NCBI GenBank assembly: GCA_902616075.1
Contig: CACMRK010000002.1
Location: 68,936 to 132,935, forward strand
DNA length: 64,000 nt
From: an uncultured Alphaproteobacteria bacterium
GTDB lineage: Bacteria; Pseudomonadota; Alphaproteobacteria; HIMB59; GCA-002718135
Direction: 5' to 3'
Made by a program: the position numbers and the translations under genes
Notes under the pieces: model-generated
Told to the model about the DNA's origin: nothing
The model's input: the letters and a program-made list of their open reading frames with translations, nothing else
Database searches by the model: none
Part shown: positions 1 to 9,308 of the stretch, one piece after another
How positions within the stretch are numbered: position 1 is the stretch's first letter
How the letters are laid out: every line of letters starts with the position of its first letter

Positions 1-805
1 TATGTGGATCACTTTCTAAATATGACCTATCTTTAAACGTTCCTGGCTCACCTTCATCACCATTAACAGCAACATATTTTTTACCATTGTAATTTGAAAC
101 AATTTCCCATTTTTTTCCTGTAGGAAATCCAGCGCCACCCTTACCTTTTAATCCGCTTTCATTTAAAGAATCCAAAATTTGTTTTTTTGAGATAACACCA
201 TTTTTTATTTTGTTCGCAATTTCATAACCGCCTTTTTTTTTATAAGAAGATAAATTTATATAATCTGGAATGAAGGGATCAAAAATTTTTTCATCAATTG
301 TTTTTTTAACTTTATCAAAATTAGCCACATCAACATAATTTTTTCCTACGCAAACAGTAGGAGCAACATTGCATCTTCCCATGCATGGCCCAGGTACGAC
401 TTTTATATTTTTATTTTCTAATTTTTTTATTTCTTGAAGTAATTTGTGTGCGCCAAATAATTCACAAGTTAAACTTTCACAAACCCTTACAACATTCACT
501 GGGTTATAATCTTTACTATCTTTAACTATATTAAAGTGAGCATAAAAAGTTGCAACTTCATAAATTTCAGAAAGTGGTAAGTTAATAATAGTTGATAAAG
601 CTACTAGATGTTTATCGTACAAAACACCAAATTTATCCTGTAATATATGCAAATATTCTATTAATTCATCTCGCTTAAAAATTAACCCTGAAAACAATTT
701 AGAAACTTCATCTAAATATTTATCTTCGACTTGTCTTCCTTTTGGAGTCCAACGTCTTTTCTTCTTTTTTAAAGAAGTTTCTGTTTGAGAAACAAATTTA
801 TCCAT
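1..805 (-). CDS. Formate dehydrogenase beta subunit, NuoE-NuoF fusion (Fdh1B-type); partial, runs off the window start
   Basis: Not in the ORF track; translated by hand from ATG at 805: MDKF...TPKGRQVED...EVATFYAHF...RVCESLTC...GPCMGRC ([2Fe-2S] NuoE domain)...GLKGKGGAGFPTGKKW...AVNGDEGEPGTFKDR (NuoF FMN/NADH domain). Adjacent to fdhD and Moco genes. Confidence 0.85.
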   Translation of the reverse strand, partial: MDKFVSQTETSLKKKKRRWTPKGRQVEDKYLDEVSKLFSGLIFKRDELIEYLHILQDKFGVLYDKHLVALSTIINLPLSEIYEVATFYAHFNIVKDSKDYNPVNVVRVCESLTCELFGAHKLLQEIKKLENKNIKVVPGPCMGRCNVAPTVCVGKNYVDVANFDKVKKTIDEKIFDPFIPDYINLSSYKKKGGYEIANKIKNGVISKKQILDSLNESGLKGKGGAGFPTGKKWEIVSNYNGKKYVAVNGDEGEPGTFKDRSYLESDPH

Positions 806-845
806 TCCAATTAATATTATACTATATATTAAGTATCAGAAAACT

Positions 846-1097
846 ATGAAAGATTCAGTTGAAAATGAAGAATTAATTCTTGATACTAGTGGTACAGAAT
901 GTCCTATACCAGTGCTTAAGGCTAGAAAACTTGCATCAGAATTAAACAAAGATACAATTATTAAAATTATTGCAACTGATCCTTTGGCTGAAGCAGACTT
1001 TGAACATTATTGTGATCAGTCTAACTATGAATATTTAAGTTGTAAAAAAATAAAAGATAAAATTGTAATTCGTTATAGATTTAAAATTAAAAATTAA
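846..1097 (+). CDS. tusA: TusA/SirA family sulfurtransferase
   Basis: LDTSGTECPIP (CPxP) motif, ATDP motif, 83 aa. Confidence 0.85.
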   Translation: MKDSVENEELILDTSGTECPIPVLKARKLASELNKDTIIKIIATDPLAEADFEHYCDQSNYEYLSCKKIKDKIVIRYRFKIKN

Positions 1098-2308
1098 AAT
1101 AGACTTTCATAATTATAAAAATCAAAAATATCTCCTTTGTTTACTTGAGAAACATTTTCATCAATTTCAATTATACCATCAGAATAGGATATAGAACTAA
1201 TCATGCCAGAACCTTGTTTAGGAAATTTATTTGCAATATTTTTATTATTTATAGTTTCTTTATTTACACGTAACCACTCCATTCTTTTTGTTTTTTTCTT
1301 CATAGAAAAATTTGCTATAATTTTACTTGATGATGGGAGCTTAAAATTTCCACCAGATAATTTTTCTATTAATGGTCTTACTAACATTGCATATAGTAAT
1401 TGAACAGAAACTGGATTACCTGGTAAGCAAATTATGTAGCAATTATTTATTTTTCCTACTGCAATTGGTCTACCTGGTTTTATTGCTGCTCTCCAAAAAT
1501 ATACCTTACCTAATTCAGATAAAACTTTAATTACATGATCTTCATCACCAACAGATGCACCACCAGCAGTTATTATTACATTAAATTTTTTTGAAGTATT
1601 AAAGATTTTATTTTTAATTGATTTAAAATTATCTTTAAGATTTCCACAATATTTTTTTTCTATAAAATTCTTATCAAGTAAATTATATAAACTATAATAA
1701 TTTGAATTATTAATTTCAGAATTTTTTAGATTTTTAGTTGGTTTTCGTAATTCATTTCCACTTGTAAAGAAACCAATTTTAATTTTTTTAAATACTTTTA
1801 TTTTACTAATACCAGTAGCAGCAATTAAATTTATATTTTGTTGATTTAATTTAGACCCCTTTTCCAATATTTTTTGGTTTTTCTTTATATCTTCACCCTT
1901 TAATCTATAATTATCTCCAAATTTTGGAATTTTAATTAAATGAATTTTATTTCCTTTCTTGTATGTATTCTCCTGCATAACTATAGTTGATGAGTTCGTA
2001 GGCATTTTTGCGCCAGTAAAGATTCTGACTGCTTCACCAGGTTTTACTTTTATATTTTTGTTATCTCCAGCAGCTATTCGTCTATTACAAAAAAAATTTT
2101 TTTTTGTTTTTAAATCTGCTTTTAAAATAGCATAACCGTCTACAGCAGAATTATTAAAAGGAGGTAAATTTATTTTACTTTTTATATTTTCGTAAAGAAA
2201 TCTATCCTCAGAATTTTCTAAATTAACTTTTTCAGAATTAAAAATTACAACCTTTTGTTTTTTAAATAAATTAACAATTTGTTTTTTGGTTAGAGGTGAT
2301 TTATTCAT
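1094..2308 (-). CDS. moeA: Molybdopterin molybdenumtransferase MoeA
   Basis: PPFNNSAVDGYA, IFTGA, SGNEL, GGASVGDED, KPGRP, LPGNPVS motifs. Confidence 0.95.
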   Translation of the reverse strand: MNKSPLTKKQIVNLFKKQKVVIFNSEKVNLENSEDRFLYENIKSKINLPPFNNSAVDGYAILKADLKTKKNFFCNRRIAAGDNKNIKVKPGEAVRIFTGAKMPTNSSTIVMQENTYKKGNKIHLIKIPKFGDNYRLKGEDIKKNQKILEKGSKLNQQNINLIAATGISKIKVFKKIKIGFFTSGNELRKPTKNLKNSEINNSNYYSLYNLLDKNFIEKKYCGNLKDNFKSIKNKIFNTSKKFNVIITAGGASVGDEDHVIKVLSELGKVYFWRAAIKPGRPIAVGKINNCYIICLPGNPVSVQLLYAMLVRPLIEKLSGGNFKLPSSSKIIANFSMKKKTKRMEWLRVNKETINNKNIANKFPKQGSGMISSISYSDGIIEIDENVSQVNKGDIFDFYNYESLF

Positions 2309-2790
2309 TAAAATTCTCTCAAAATAAAATCAACTATATTATCAATTTCGTCATTCTTAAAAATTTTCAAGTCAGTTTTAAGTTTATTATTTGTAATAAT
2401 AGCTTTTATATTTTTAATTTGTGTAAATAAGTAATTATCATTATCATTTTTAATTATTTCAATTTTTGGGTGATTTTCATTTTTAAACCCTTCCACTATT
2501 ACAATATCAATTTCTGAAAGTTGATTAATTAATTCATCTAATGTTTTTTCTTTTGAATTGTTTAGTTCTGATATTTTAACCCATCGCTTCGATGAACTAA
2601 CTATTACTTGAGAAGATCCCGCTAATCTATGCTTAAAGCTATCTGTATTTTTATGATCTATATCAAATTCGTGATGTGCATGTTTAATTGAAGCAACACG
2701 AAAATTATTAGAACTAAGTTTATTTATAATTTTTGTTGCAATAGTCGTTTTCCCTGAATTCTTCCAGCCAACAATTCCTACTATTTTCAT
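2308..2790 (-). CDS. mobB: Molybdopterin-guanine dinucleotide biosynthesis protein B
   Basis: GWKNSGKTT P-loop, IKHAHHEFDID, VEGFK. Confidence 0.95.
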   Translation of the reverse strand: MKIVGIVGWKNSGKTTIATKIINKLSSNNFRVASIKHAHHEFDIDHKNTDSFKHRLAGSSQVIVSSSKRWVKISELNNSKEKTLDELINQLSEIDIVIVEGFKNENHPKIEIIKNDNDNYLFTQIKNIKAIITNNKLKTDLKIFKNDEIDNIVDFILREF

Positions 2791-3479
2791 TTAATAGATC
2801 TATTATTTAATAAATATACAAGAGAGTAAATAATTATTGTTATTGATATTAAAACTAAACCTAATGCCATAGCGTATTCTAAATTTCCCATTCTAGTTTC
2901 TAACGATATAGCAGTTGTCATTACTCTTGTATAATGATCAATATTACCACCCACAATCATAACTGCACCAACTTCTGAAATTGCTCTGCCAAAAGCAGAT
3001 AATAAAGTTGTTATTAATAAAAAATAACTATGGTTAAATAGAAGTTTAACAGAACCCCAAAAGGGAATATTTAAGGATCTTATCTGATCTTTAAATTCAA
3101 ACCAATTTTTAGAAAATATCTCATGAGATAATGAAGCAATTATTGGAAAAATTATTATAGTTTGAGCAATAATCATAGCAGAGGGTGTATATAGAAGCTG
3201 TAGGATACCTAATGGTCCACCTGATGCAAAAATAAAATAAACAATTAAACCAACTACAACTGGAGGAATTCCCATCAATGAGTTTATAATTATTAAGATA
3301 ATTTTTTTGAAATAAAAATTATAAATTGCAAAATAATACCCTACTATAAACCCTAATAATGATGCAATAATTAAAGCAGTAAAACTTACAAATAATGATA
3401 AAAGTATAATGTCCCATAGTTCATTATCTAAAGTAATAATTAATAGTATGGAATTTGTGAAAATTTCTAATATGTTCAT
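2787..3479 (-). CDS. tupB: Tungstate-type ABC transporter permease (TupB family)
   Basis: MGIPPVVVGL, FGRAISEVGAVMIVGGNIDHYTRVMTTAI motifs typical of TupB; hydrophobic, 230 aa. Confidence 0.8.
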   Translation of the reverse strand: MNILEIFTNSILLIITLDNELWDIILLSLFVSFTALIIASLLGFIVGYYFAIYNFYFKKIILIIINSLMGIPPVVVGLIVYFIFASGGPLGILQLLYTPSAMIIAQTIIIFPIIASLSHEIFSKNWFEFKDQIRSLNIPFWGSVKLLFNHSYFLLITTLLSAFGRAISEVGAVMIVGGNIDHYTRVMTTAISLETRMGNLEYAMALGLVLISITIIIYSLVYLLNNRSIK

Positions 3480-3505
3480 TTATATTATTAGTTTAATTAC
3501 AACAT

Positions 3506-4321
3506 ATGGCAAAAAAAGAGAAATATTTAGTCTCACCTGATATTAATAATAAGTCCTTAATTACAAAACTAAATGGTTTTGATGAGAAAGGAAATAAAAT
3601 AATTTCTAAAGTTATTAATGAAAAAGCTCTTACAATTTTTCTTAATAATCAAGAGATAGTAACGCTAATGTCTATTAGTGATCACCCAAAATATCTTGCA
3701 GTTGGGTATTTATTAAATCAAAATATGCTTAAGAAAAATGACATAATTAGAAAAGTTGAAATTGATAAAGATTTAGGTGTGGTTGTTGTACGAACAAAAC
3801 GTAAAACAAATTATGAAAACAAATTAAGAAAGAAAATAACAACTAGTGGTTGTGCAATAGGTACAGTATTTGGAGATATCTATGAGGAAATAAAAAAATC
3901 AAAATTAAAATCCAAAAAAAAAATTAAACATAAATGGATTTATGAAATTTCAAAAAAAATTACATTAACGCCTAGCTTATATTTAGAAACAGGAGCAATA
4001 CATGGTTGTGCCATTATTCATAATAATAAACCATTGATTTATATGGAAGACGTAGGGAGGCATAATGCTGTAGATAAAATTGCTGGTTTTATGTTTTTAA
4101 AAAAAATTAGCTCTTCAAATAAAATTTTTTACACTACAGGAAGACTAACTAGTGAAATGGTTATTAAAACTATAAAAATGGGTATTCCAATATTAATTTC
4201 TAGATCAGGATTCACAGCATGGGGTGTAGAGCTGGCGAGAGGCTCGAATTTAACACTTATTGGACGAGCAAAGGGAAAAAAATATTTAGCACTTTCTGGA
4301 GAACATAGAATTGACCATTAA
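3506..4321 (+). CDS. fdhD: Formate dehydrogenase accessory sulfurtransferase FdhD
   Basis: TSGC, TGAIHGC, EDVGRHNAVDK, TGRLTSEMVIK. Confidence 0.95.
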   Translation: MAKKEKYLVSPDINNKSLITKLNGFDEKGNKIISKVINEKALTIFLNNQEIVTLMSISDHPKYLAVGYLLNQNMLKKNDIIRKVEIDKDLGVVVVRTKRKTNYENKLRKKITTSGCAIGTVFGDIYEEIKKSKLKSKKKIKHKWIYEISKKITLTPSLYLETGAIHGCAIIHNNKPLIYMEDVGRHNAVDKIAGFMFLKKISSSNKIFYTTGRLTSEMVIKTIKMGIPILISRSGFTAWGVELARGSNLTLIGRAKGKKYLALSGEHRIDH

Positions 4322-4913
4322 TAAGAAAAAAATTTTGTTTGCCATACTTGCTGGAGGTCAATCAAAAAGATTTGGAGGTGGATTTAAAGCTTTTGCTAAA
4401 ATAAATGGAATTACAATCTTAGACAAAATAATAAACAAGCTTAAAAAATATAGTAATGAAATAATAATAAATGCTAATGACTTAAAAAGTTTTAAGAAAA
4501 TTAATTACCCAATAATTGAAGATAGATTCAAAGGTTTTGTGGGACCTTTAGCAGGAATTCACACATCTATGTTATGGGCTAAAGAAAATTACACAAACAA
4601 AGAATGGGTTTTTACTGTTCCAAGTGATACTCCATTTTTACCCGATAATCTTTTCGATAAGTTTTTAGAGGCATATGACGAAAATGTAAAAATATTGATT
4701 GCAAGATCAAATAGTAGACATCATCCTGTAATAGCAATGTGGCATATATCGTTAATAACTAGTTTAGAAAATGAGTTAATTTTAAAAAATAGTAAAATTA
4801 TGTTTTGGGTTAAAAAGCACAAATATAAATTTGTTGAATTCGATAAAAGCCAAGAAAAAAATTTTTTCAATGTTAATACTCAAGAAGAATGGAATACTGC
4901 AAAAAATATCTAA
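4311..4913 (+). CDS. mobA: Molybdenum cofactor guanylyltransferase MobA
   Basis: ILAGGQSKRFGG, GPLAGI, PSDTPFLP, FFNVNT. Confidence 0.93.
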   Translation: MTINKKKILFAILAGGQSKRFGGGFKAFAKINGITILDKIINKLKKYSNEIIINANDLKSFKKINYPIIEDRFKGFVGPLAGIHTSMLWAKENYTNKEWVFTVPSDTPFLPDNLFDKFLEAYDENVKILIARSNSRHHPVIAMWHISLITSLENELILKNSKIMFWVKKHKYKFVEFDKSQEKNFFNVNTQEEWNTAKNI

Positions 4914-4964
4914 ATTTGATATAAGTATGTAAAAAATATTTTTTTTGTATAAAGAATATTTTAA

Positions 4965-6059
4965 ATGGTAAGCTCAATATATAAAATATTTCCAGGAATT
5001 ATATTTTGTTTTGTAATTGCTTATTCAGGCATATACCTAAGTGATTTTATTGGAAAAGAAATTTTAAATTTAAATAAAAGTCCAATATCACCAATAATGC
5101 TATCAATAATATTTGGTCTTTTGATAGGAAATATATTTCATATTAATAATTTTTTATTAGAAGGAATTAAGTTTTCTTTAAAATTTATTCTAAGATTAGG
5201 AATAATATGTCTAGGTATTAGACTAGGTCTTTTAGATATTTTTAAAGTTGGAATAATTGGAATACCTCTAATTGTTGCTTGTATTATTATATCAATCTTG
5301 GTTGTAAATTATTTATGTAAGTTATTAAATGTTTCTTCAAAAATGGGATCATTAATTGCAGTTGGAACAAGTATTTGTGGAGCATCCGCAATTGTAGCAA
5401 CTAGTCCTGCAATTAATGCTGATAAAGAGGAAGTTGCTTATGCCATAGCTAATATTACAATATTTGGAATAATTGCAATGTTCCTCTATCCATTTATGGC
5501 ATATTATTTTTTTAGTGGAGATGAGTTAGCATCAGGATTATTTCTTGGAACTTCAATACATGAAACTGCTCAAGTTGCTGGGGCTGGATTGATATATGCT
5601 GAGCAATTCAATTCACCAAAAACTATGGATATAGCGACAATTACAAAATTAGTAAGAAATGTCAGTATGATAATCGTTATTCCTACAATAAGCTATATGT
5701 ATCTAAGAAATAATATTGGTGAAAATAATAGCAAACCATCAATAATATCTATGTTTCCAATTTTCATAATTGGTTTTATTCTTATGGGTCTTATAAGATC
5801 AATTGGAGATTATGGAATTCAAAATAGTAATTTAGCTTTTGAAATATTAACCAATAATAACTGGCAATTAATCATCAATATTATTAAATCTATCGCCGAG
5901 TATTCTTTAGCAATAGCAATGGCAGCTGTTGGCATAAGTACAAATTTAGTTTCTTTAAAAAGCTTAGGCATAAGACCATTTTATGTTGGTTTTTCTGCAG
6001 CTTGTTGTGTTGGAATTGTAAGTTATATCGGTATCATAGTACTAAATAATTTTATATAA
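4965..6059 (+). CDS. YeiH/UPF0324 family membrane protein (putative sulfate exporter)
   Basis: GTSICGASAI, GTSIHETAQV, TKLVRN, AMAAVG motifs; multi-pass membrane protein. Confidence 0.85.
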   Translation: MVSSIYKIFPGIIFCFVIAYSGIYLSDFIGKEILNLNKSPISPIMLSIIFGLLIGNIFHINNFLLEGIKFSLKFILRLGIICLGIRLGLLDIFKVGIIGIPLIVACIIISILVVNYLCKLLNVSSKMGSLIAVGTSICGASAIVATSPAINADKEEVAYAIANITIFGIIAMFLYPFMAYYFFSGDELASGLFLGTSIHETAQVAGAGLIYAEQFNSPKTMDIATITKLVRNVSMIIVIPTISYMYLRNNIGENNSKPSIISMFPIFIIGFILMGLIRSIGDYGIQNSNLAFEILTNNNWQLIINIIKSIAEYSLAIAMAAVGISTNLVSLKSLGIRPFYVGFSAACCVGIVSYIGIIVLNNFI

Positions 6060-6122
6060 TTTTCTAAAATAAATATAATTTGTACTTATTAAGTAATAAT
6101 TATATAAAATTCATAAAAAAAT

Positions 6123-7037
6123 ATGTCAATTTACCTTCCAATAGCTGAAATGAACGTCAATATTTTTCTCATCATCTTTATTGGTATGAGTATAGGAATA
6201 CTTTCAGGAATTTTTGGTGTTGGCGGTGGATTTTTAATGACACCATTATTAATTTTTTTGGGCATACCTCCTGTTGTAGCTGTTGGTTCTGAAGCTCCGC
6301 ACGTTTTAGCAACTTCAGTTTCAGGTTTTATTGCTCACTGGAGAAAAAGAAATGTTGATATAAAGATGGGTATATTCCTTTTAATAGGAGGTTTAATTGG
6401 CTCCACAGTTGGTGTAAATATTTTCAGTTATCTAAAAAACTTTGGCCAAATAGATTTAGTTATTCAGTTATTATTTCTTTTCTTTTTAGGTTTTATTGGT
6501 TTTAGTATGGCTTTTGAAAGCGCAAGAACCACAATAAAACACTATAGAGCAAGAAACACTAAAAGAACAAAACTGCATCAACATTCTTGGTTTCACGGAC
6601 TTCCATTCAAAGTTCGCTTTCATAGATCAAAACTTTATATAAGTGCGATACCACCTGTACTAATAGGGTTCGCAGTTGGAGTAATGTCGGCAATGATGGG
6701 AGTTGGAGGAGGATTTATAATGATACCTGCAATGGTATATATACTTGGAATGCCGACAAGTATAGTAGTTGGGACATCTTTATTTCAAATCATTTTTGTT
6801 ACTGCTAATGCAACATTCTTTCAATCCTACATAAATTATAATGTAGATATTGTGCTGTCTGCACTAATGATATTTGGAGGAGTTATTGGTGCACAAATTG
6901 GTGTAATTTTTGGATCTAAATTAAAAGCAGAATATTTGAGAGGTATTTTGGCTATATTAGTACTGGGTGTCTGTGGTAAAATTTTTACAGATCTAGTTTT
7001 AAGACCTAATGATTTATTTTCCTTGGTAATGATATGA
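6123..7037 (+). CDS. Sulfite exporter TauE/SafE family protein
   Basis: MSIYLPIAE N-terminus and duplicated GxFGVGGGF motif, typical of the alphaproteobacterial TauE paired with TIGR02186. Confidence 0.88.
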   Translation: MSIYLPIAEMNVNIFLIIFIGMSIGILSGIFGVGGGFLMTPLLIFLGIPPVVAVGSEAPHVLATSVSGFIAHWRKRNVDIKMGIFLLIGGLIGSTVGVNIFSYLKNFGQIDLVIQLLFLFFLGFIGFSMAFESARTTIKHYRARNTKRTKLHQHSWFHGLPFKVRFHRSKLYISAIPPVLIGFAVGVMSAMMGVGGGFIMIPAMVYILGMPTSIVVGTSLFQIIFVTANATFFQSYINYNVDIVLSALMIFGGVIGAQIGVIFGSKLKAEYLRGILAILVLGVCGKIFTDLVLRPNDLFSLVMI

Positions 7038-7441
7038 TATCAATATTTAATTTTTCAATTAATTTATTGATCGTAGTTTGTCTTTTCATATATTTTATTT
7101 TTACAACTATTGATTTTAATCTAAAGAACATTGAATATTTTTTAATTCTAATAATTGTTATAAATTCATTTAACAAAATTTATATTTGGTCAAATTTCAG
7201 AGTATTTATTAAAAAAGATCTTAATAAAATATTTAAAGACATATTATTTAATGATTCATTTGCAAAACTAAGTATAGTTATTTTATCCACTGTAATTCCA
7301 ATTTATATGCTTATGCAAAAAGATATATTAGTGATTGATATATTGATTGAGAAAGCATCTTTTTTATTAGTATCAATTTTTTCATTAATTGGATTTTATT
7401 TAGAATTTTATATTTTAGAAGTGACAAAAATAGATGATTAA
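7034..7441 (+). CDS. Hypothetical membrane protein (about 4 TM helices)
   Basis: 135-aa hydrophobic ORF that overlaps both neighbours (ATGA overlap with the TauE gene) and fills the gap exactly. Confidence 0.6.
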   Translation: MISIFNFSINLLIVVCLFIYFIFTTIDFNLKNIEYFLILIIVINSFNKIYIWSNFRVFIKKDLNKIFKDILFNDSFAKLSIVILSTVIPIYMLMQKDILVIDILIEKASFLLVSIFSLIGFYLEFYILEVTKIDD

Positions 7442-8198
7442 AAATTTATATATAAAGTTTGCTTTTAATCTAACAATTTTATTGACTGTAATTTTTTTTT
7501 ATAACTTTATTCATGCTGAAGAAATTTACTTTGACTTATCTGAAGATAGTATTGAATTAAAAACAGATTTTAATGGAAAAGAAATTATTATTTTTGGATT
7601 ACTAAAAAATGATCATGAGACACTTTTGACAATAAAAGGGCCACCATCAAAAATGAGAATACAAAAAAAAGAAAGGTATTTTGGAATATGGATAAATAAT
7701 CAATACGTTACCTATAGTAACATTCCATCTTTATTCTTTTTATCCTCCTCAAAAGAAATTAACGATATCTTGCCTGAATCGATATTAATTAATGAGGATC
7801 TAAGTTTTGAAAAAATTTTAAATAATAAGACTTTTAATCAAAATTTTATTTTCAAAAATGACCAAAAAAATTGGAATGAAAATTTTGTTAGAATAAAAAA
7901 AGAACAATCATTTTATAAAAGTTTTGAAATGAAAAAGATCAAAGATAAATTATTTCAAACTAGCGTTTTTTTTCCAACAAATACAATACCAGGGATTTAT
8001 AATGTTGATATTTACTATATAAGAAATAATACAATTATGAGTACTGATCAAAAAAATATAGTTATAAAAAAAACTGGTATAGGAAGTCAAATATTTGACT
8101 TTGCTAATGAAAATGCAGCTACATACGGAGTTTTTGTAATTATCTTTTCAATATTTTCAGGTTTTATTGCTGCTGCTTTATTTAGGAGAAGTAAATGA
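7434..8198 (+). CDS. TIGR02186 family membrane-anchored protein
   Basis: DFNGKEIIIFG, KKERYFGIWIN, LFQTSVFFP..PGIY, C-terminal TM helix; usual partner of TauE. Confidence 0.85.
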   Translation: MIKNLYIKFAFNLTILLTVIFFYNFIHAEEIYFDLSEDSIELKTDFNGKEIIIFGLLKNDHETLLTIKGPPSKMRIQKKERYFGIWINNQYVTYSNIPSLFFLSSSKEINDILPESILINEDLSFEKILNNKTFNQNFIFKNDQKNWNENFVRIKKEQSFYKSFEMKKIKDKLFQTSVFFPTNTIPGIYNVDIYYIRNNTIMSTDQKNIVIKKTGIGSQIFDFANENAATYGVFVIIFSIFSGFIAAALFRRSK

Positions 8199-8668
8199 GT
8201 GATGATAGATATATTCTAGTTGTTGCAGATAATTCAGAAGAAATGAATACAGCTCTTGAATATGCTTGTGCAAGATCAAAAAAAACAGGAAGAAAGATTA
8301 TAATTGCAACATTCATAGAGCCTTTGGATGTTCTAACAACCAAGGGTGTTACAGACATTATGAAAGAGGAAGCTAGAGAAGAAGCAGAAACAATTCTTAA
8401 AAAAGCTGCCTCATTTGTCCAAGAAAGAACAGGTAACTATCCTGCTCTCTCTTTGAGAGAGGGGGATACTATATCTGAATTAAAACAATTATTAGATGAG
8501 GAAAAAAATATTAATGTTCTTGTTTTAGCTGCCAATACTGATCCAAATAGTAAAAACCCTGGTCCAATAATAACTTCTCTGGTGAGTAATGAAATAACAA
8601 ACCTAAGAATACCAATAATGATTGTGCCTGGAAATTTATCATTTGAACATATTGCGCAAATAACTTAA
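8195..8668 (+). CDS. Universal stress protein (UspA family)
   Basis: ILVVADNSEE..ALEYA, LVLAA, GPIITSL, IPIMIVPG. Confidence 0.88.
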   Translation: MSDDRYILVVADNSEEMNTALEYACARSKKTGRKIIIATFIEPLDVLTTKGVTDIMKEEAREEAETILKKAASFVQERTGNYPALSLREGDTISELKQLLDEEKNINVLVLAANTDPNSKNPGPIITSLVSNEITNLRIPIMIVPGNLSFEHIAQIT

Positions 8669-8672
8669 AAAA

Positions 8673-9308
8673 ATGTCTAAAGAGATAGCTAAAATATTAG
8701 TAGATATAAAGTCTATTAATTTTTCATTTGATAAATATTTTACTCTTACATCAGGCTTGGCTAGTCCTGTATATGTTGATTGTAGAAAAATTATTTCTTT
8801 TACAAAAGAAAGAAATTTTATAATTGATAAAGCCATAGATTATTTAACTAAAAATAATATTGAGACAGAAATTATTGCTGGTGGGGAGACCGCTGGAATT
8901 CCTTACGCCGCTTTTATTTCTCAAAAATTAGATAAACAAATGATTTATATTAGAAAAAAAACAAAAGGTTTTGGAAAAAACAAACAAATTGAAGGTGAAT
9001 TTGAAAAAAATCAAAAAGCTCTTTTAGTTGAAGATCTAGCTACTGATGGAGGTAGTAAAATAATTTTTATTAACGCAATGCGTGAAGCTGGATTAAAAGT
9101 TAAAGATATATTTGTAATATTTTATTATGATATTTTTAATTTCAATGAATCAGAATTATTTAAATTAAAAGTAAATATGCACTCACTGTGTACTTGGAAA
9201 GATGTAATAAATTATATTGAAAGTGAAAAAATATATTCTGAAGATAAGGTTTCAAACTTAAAAGAATTTTTAGAAGATCCAGAAAAATGGAGAAGCAAGT
9301 ATGCGTGA
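8673..9308 (+). CDS. pyrE: Orotate phosphoribosyltransferase
   Basis: TSGLASPVYVDCR, GGETAGIP, YIRKK.KGFG, LVEDLATDGGSK PRPP-binding loop. Confidence 0.95.
   Translation: MSKEIAKILVDIKSINFSFDKYFTLTSGLASPVYVDCRKIISFTKERNFIIDKAIDYLTKNNIETEIIAGGETAGIPYAAFISQKLDKQMIYIRKKTKGFGKNKQIEGEFEKNQKALLVEDLATDGGSKIIFINAMREAGLKVKDIFVIFYYDIFNFNESELFKLKVNMHSLCTWKDVINYIESEKIYSEDKVSNLKEFLEDPEKWRSKYA

Noticed and set aside
2088-2110. Poly-A/poly-T palindromic tract inside moeA
   Set aside because: The reading frame is intact (KTKKNFFC), and such homopolymers are common in this AT-rich genome.
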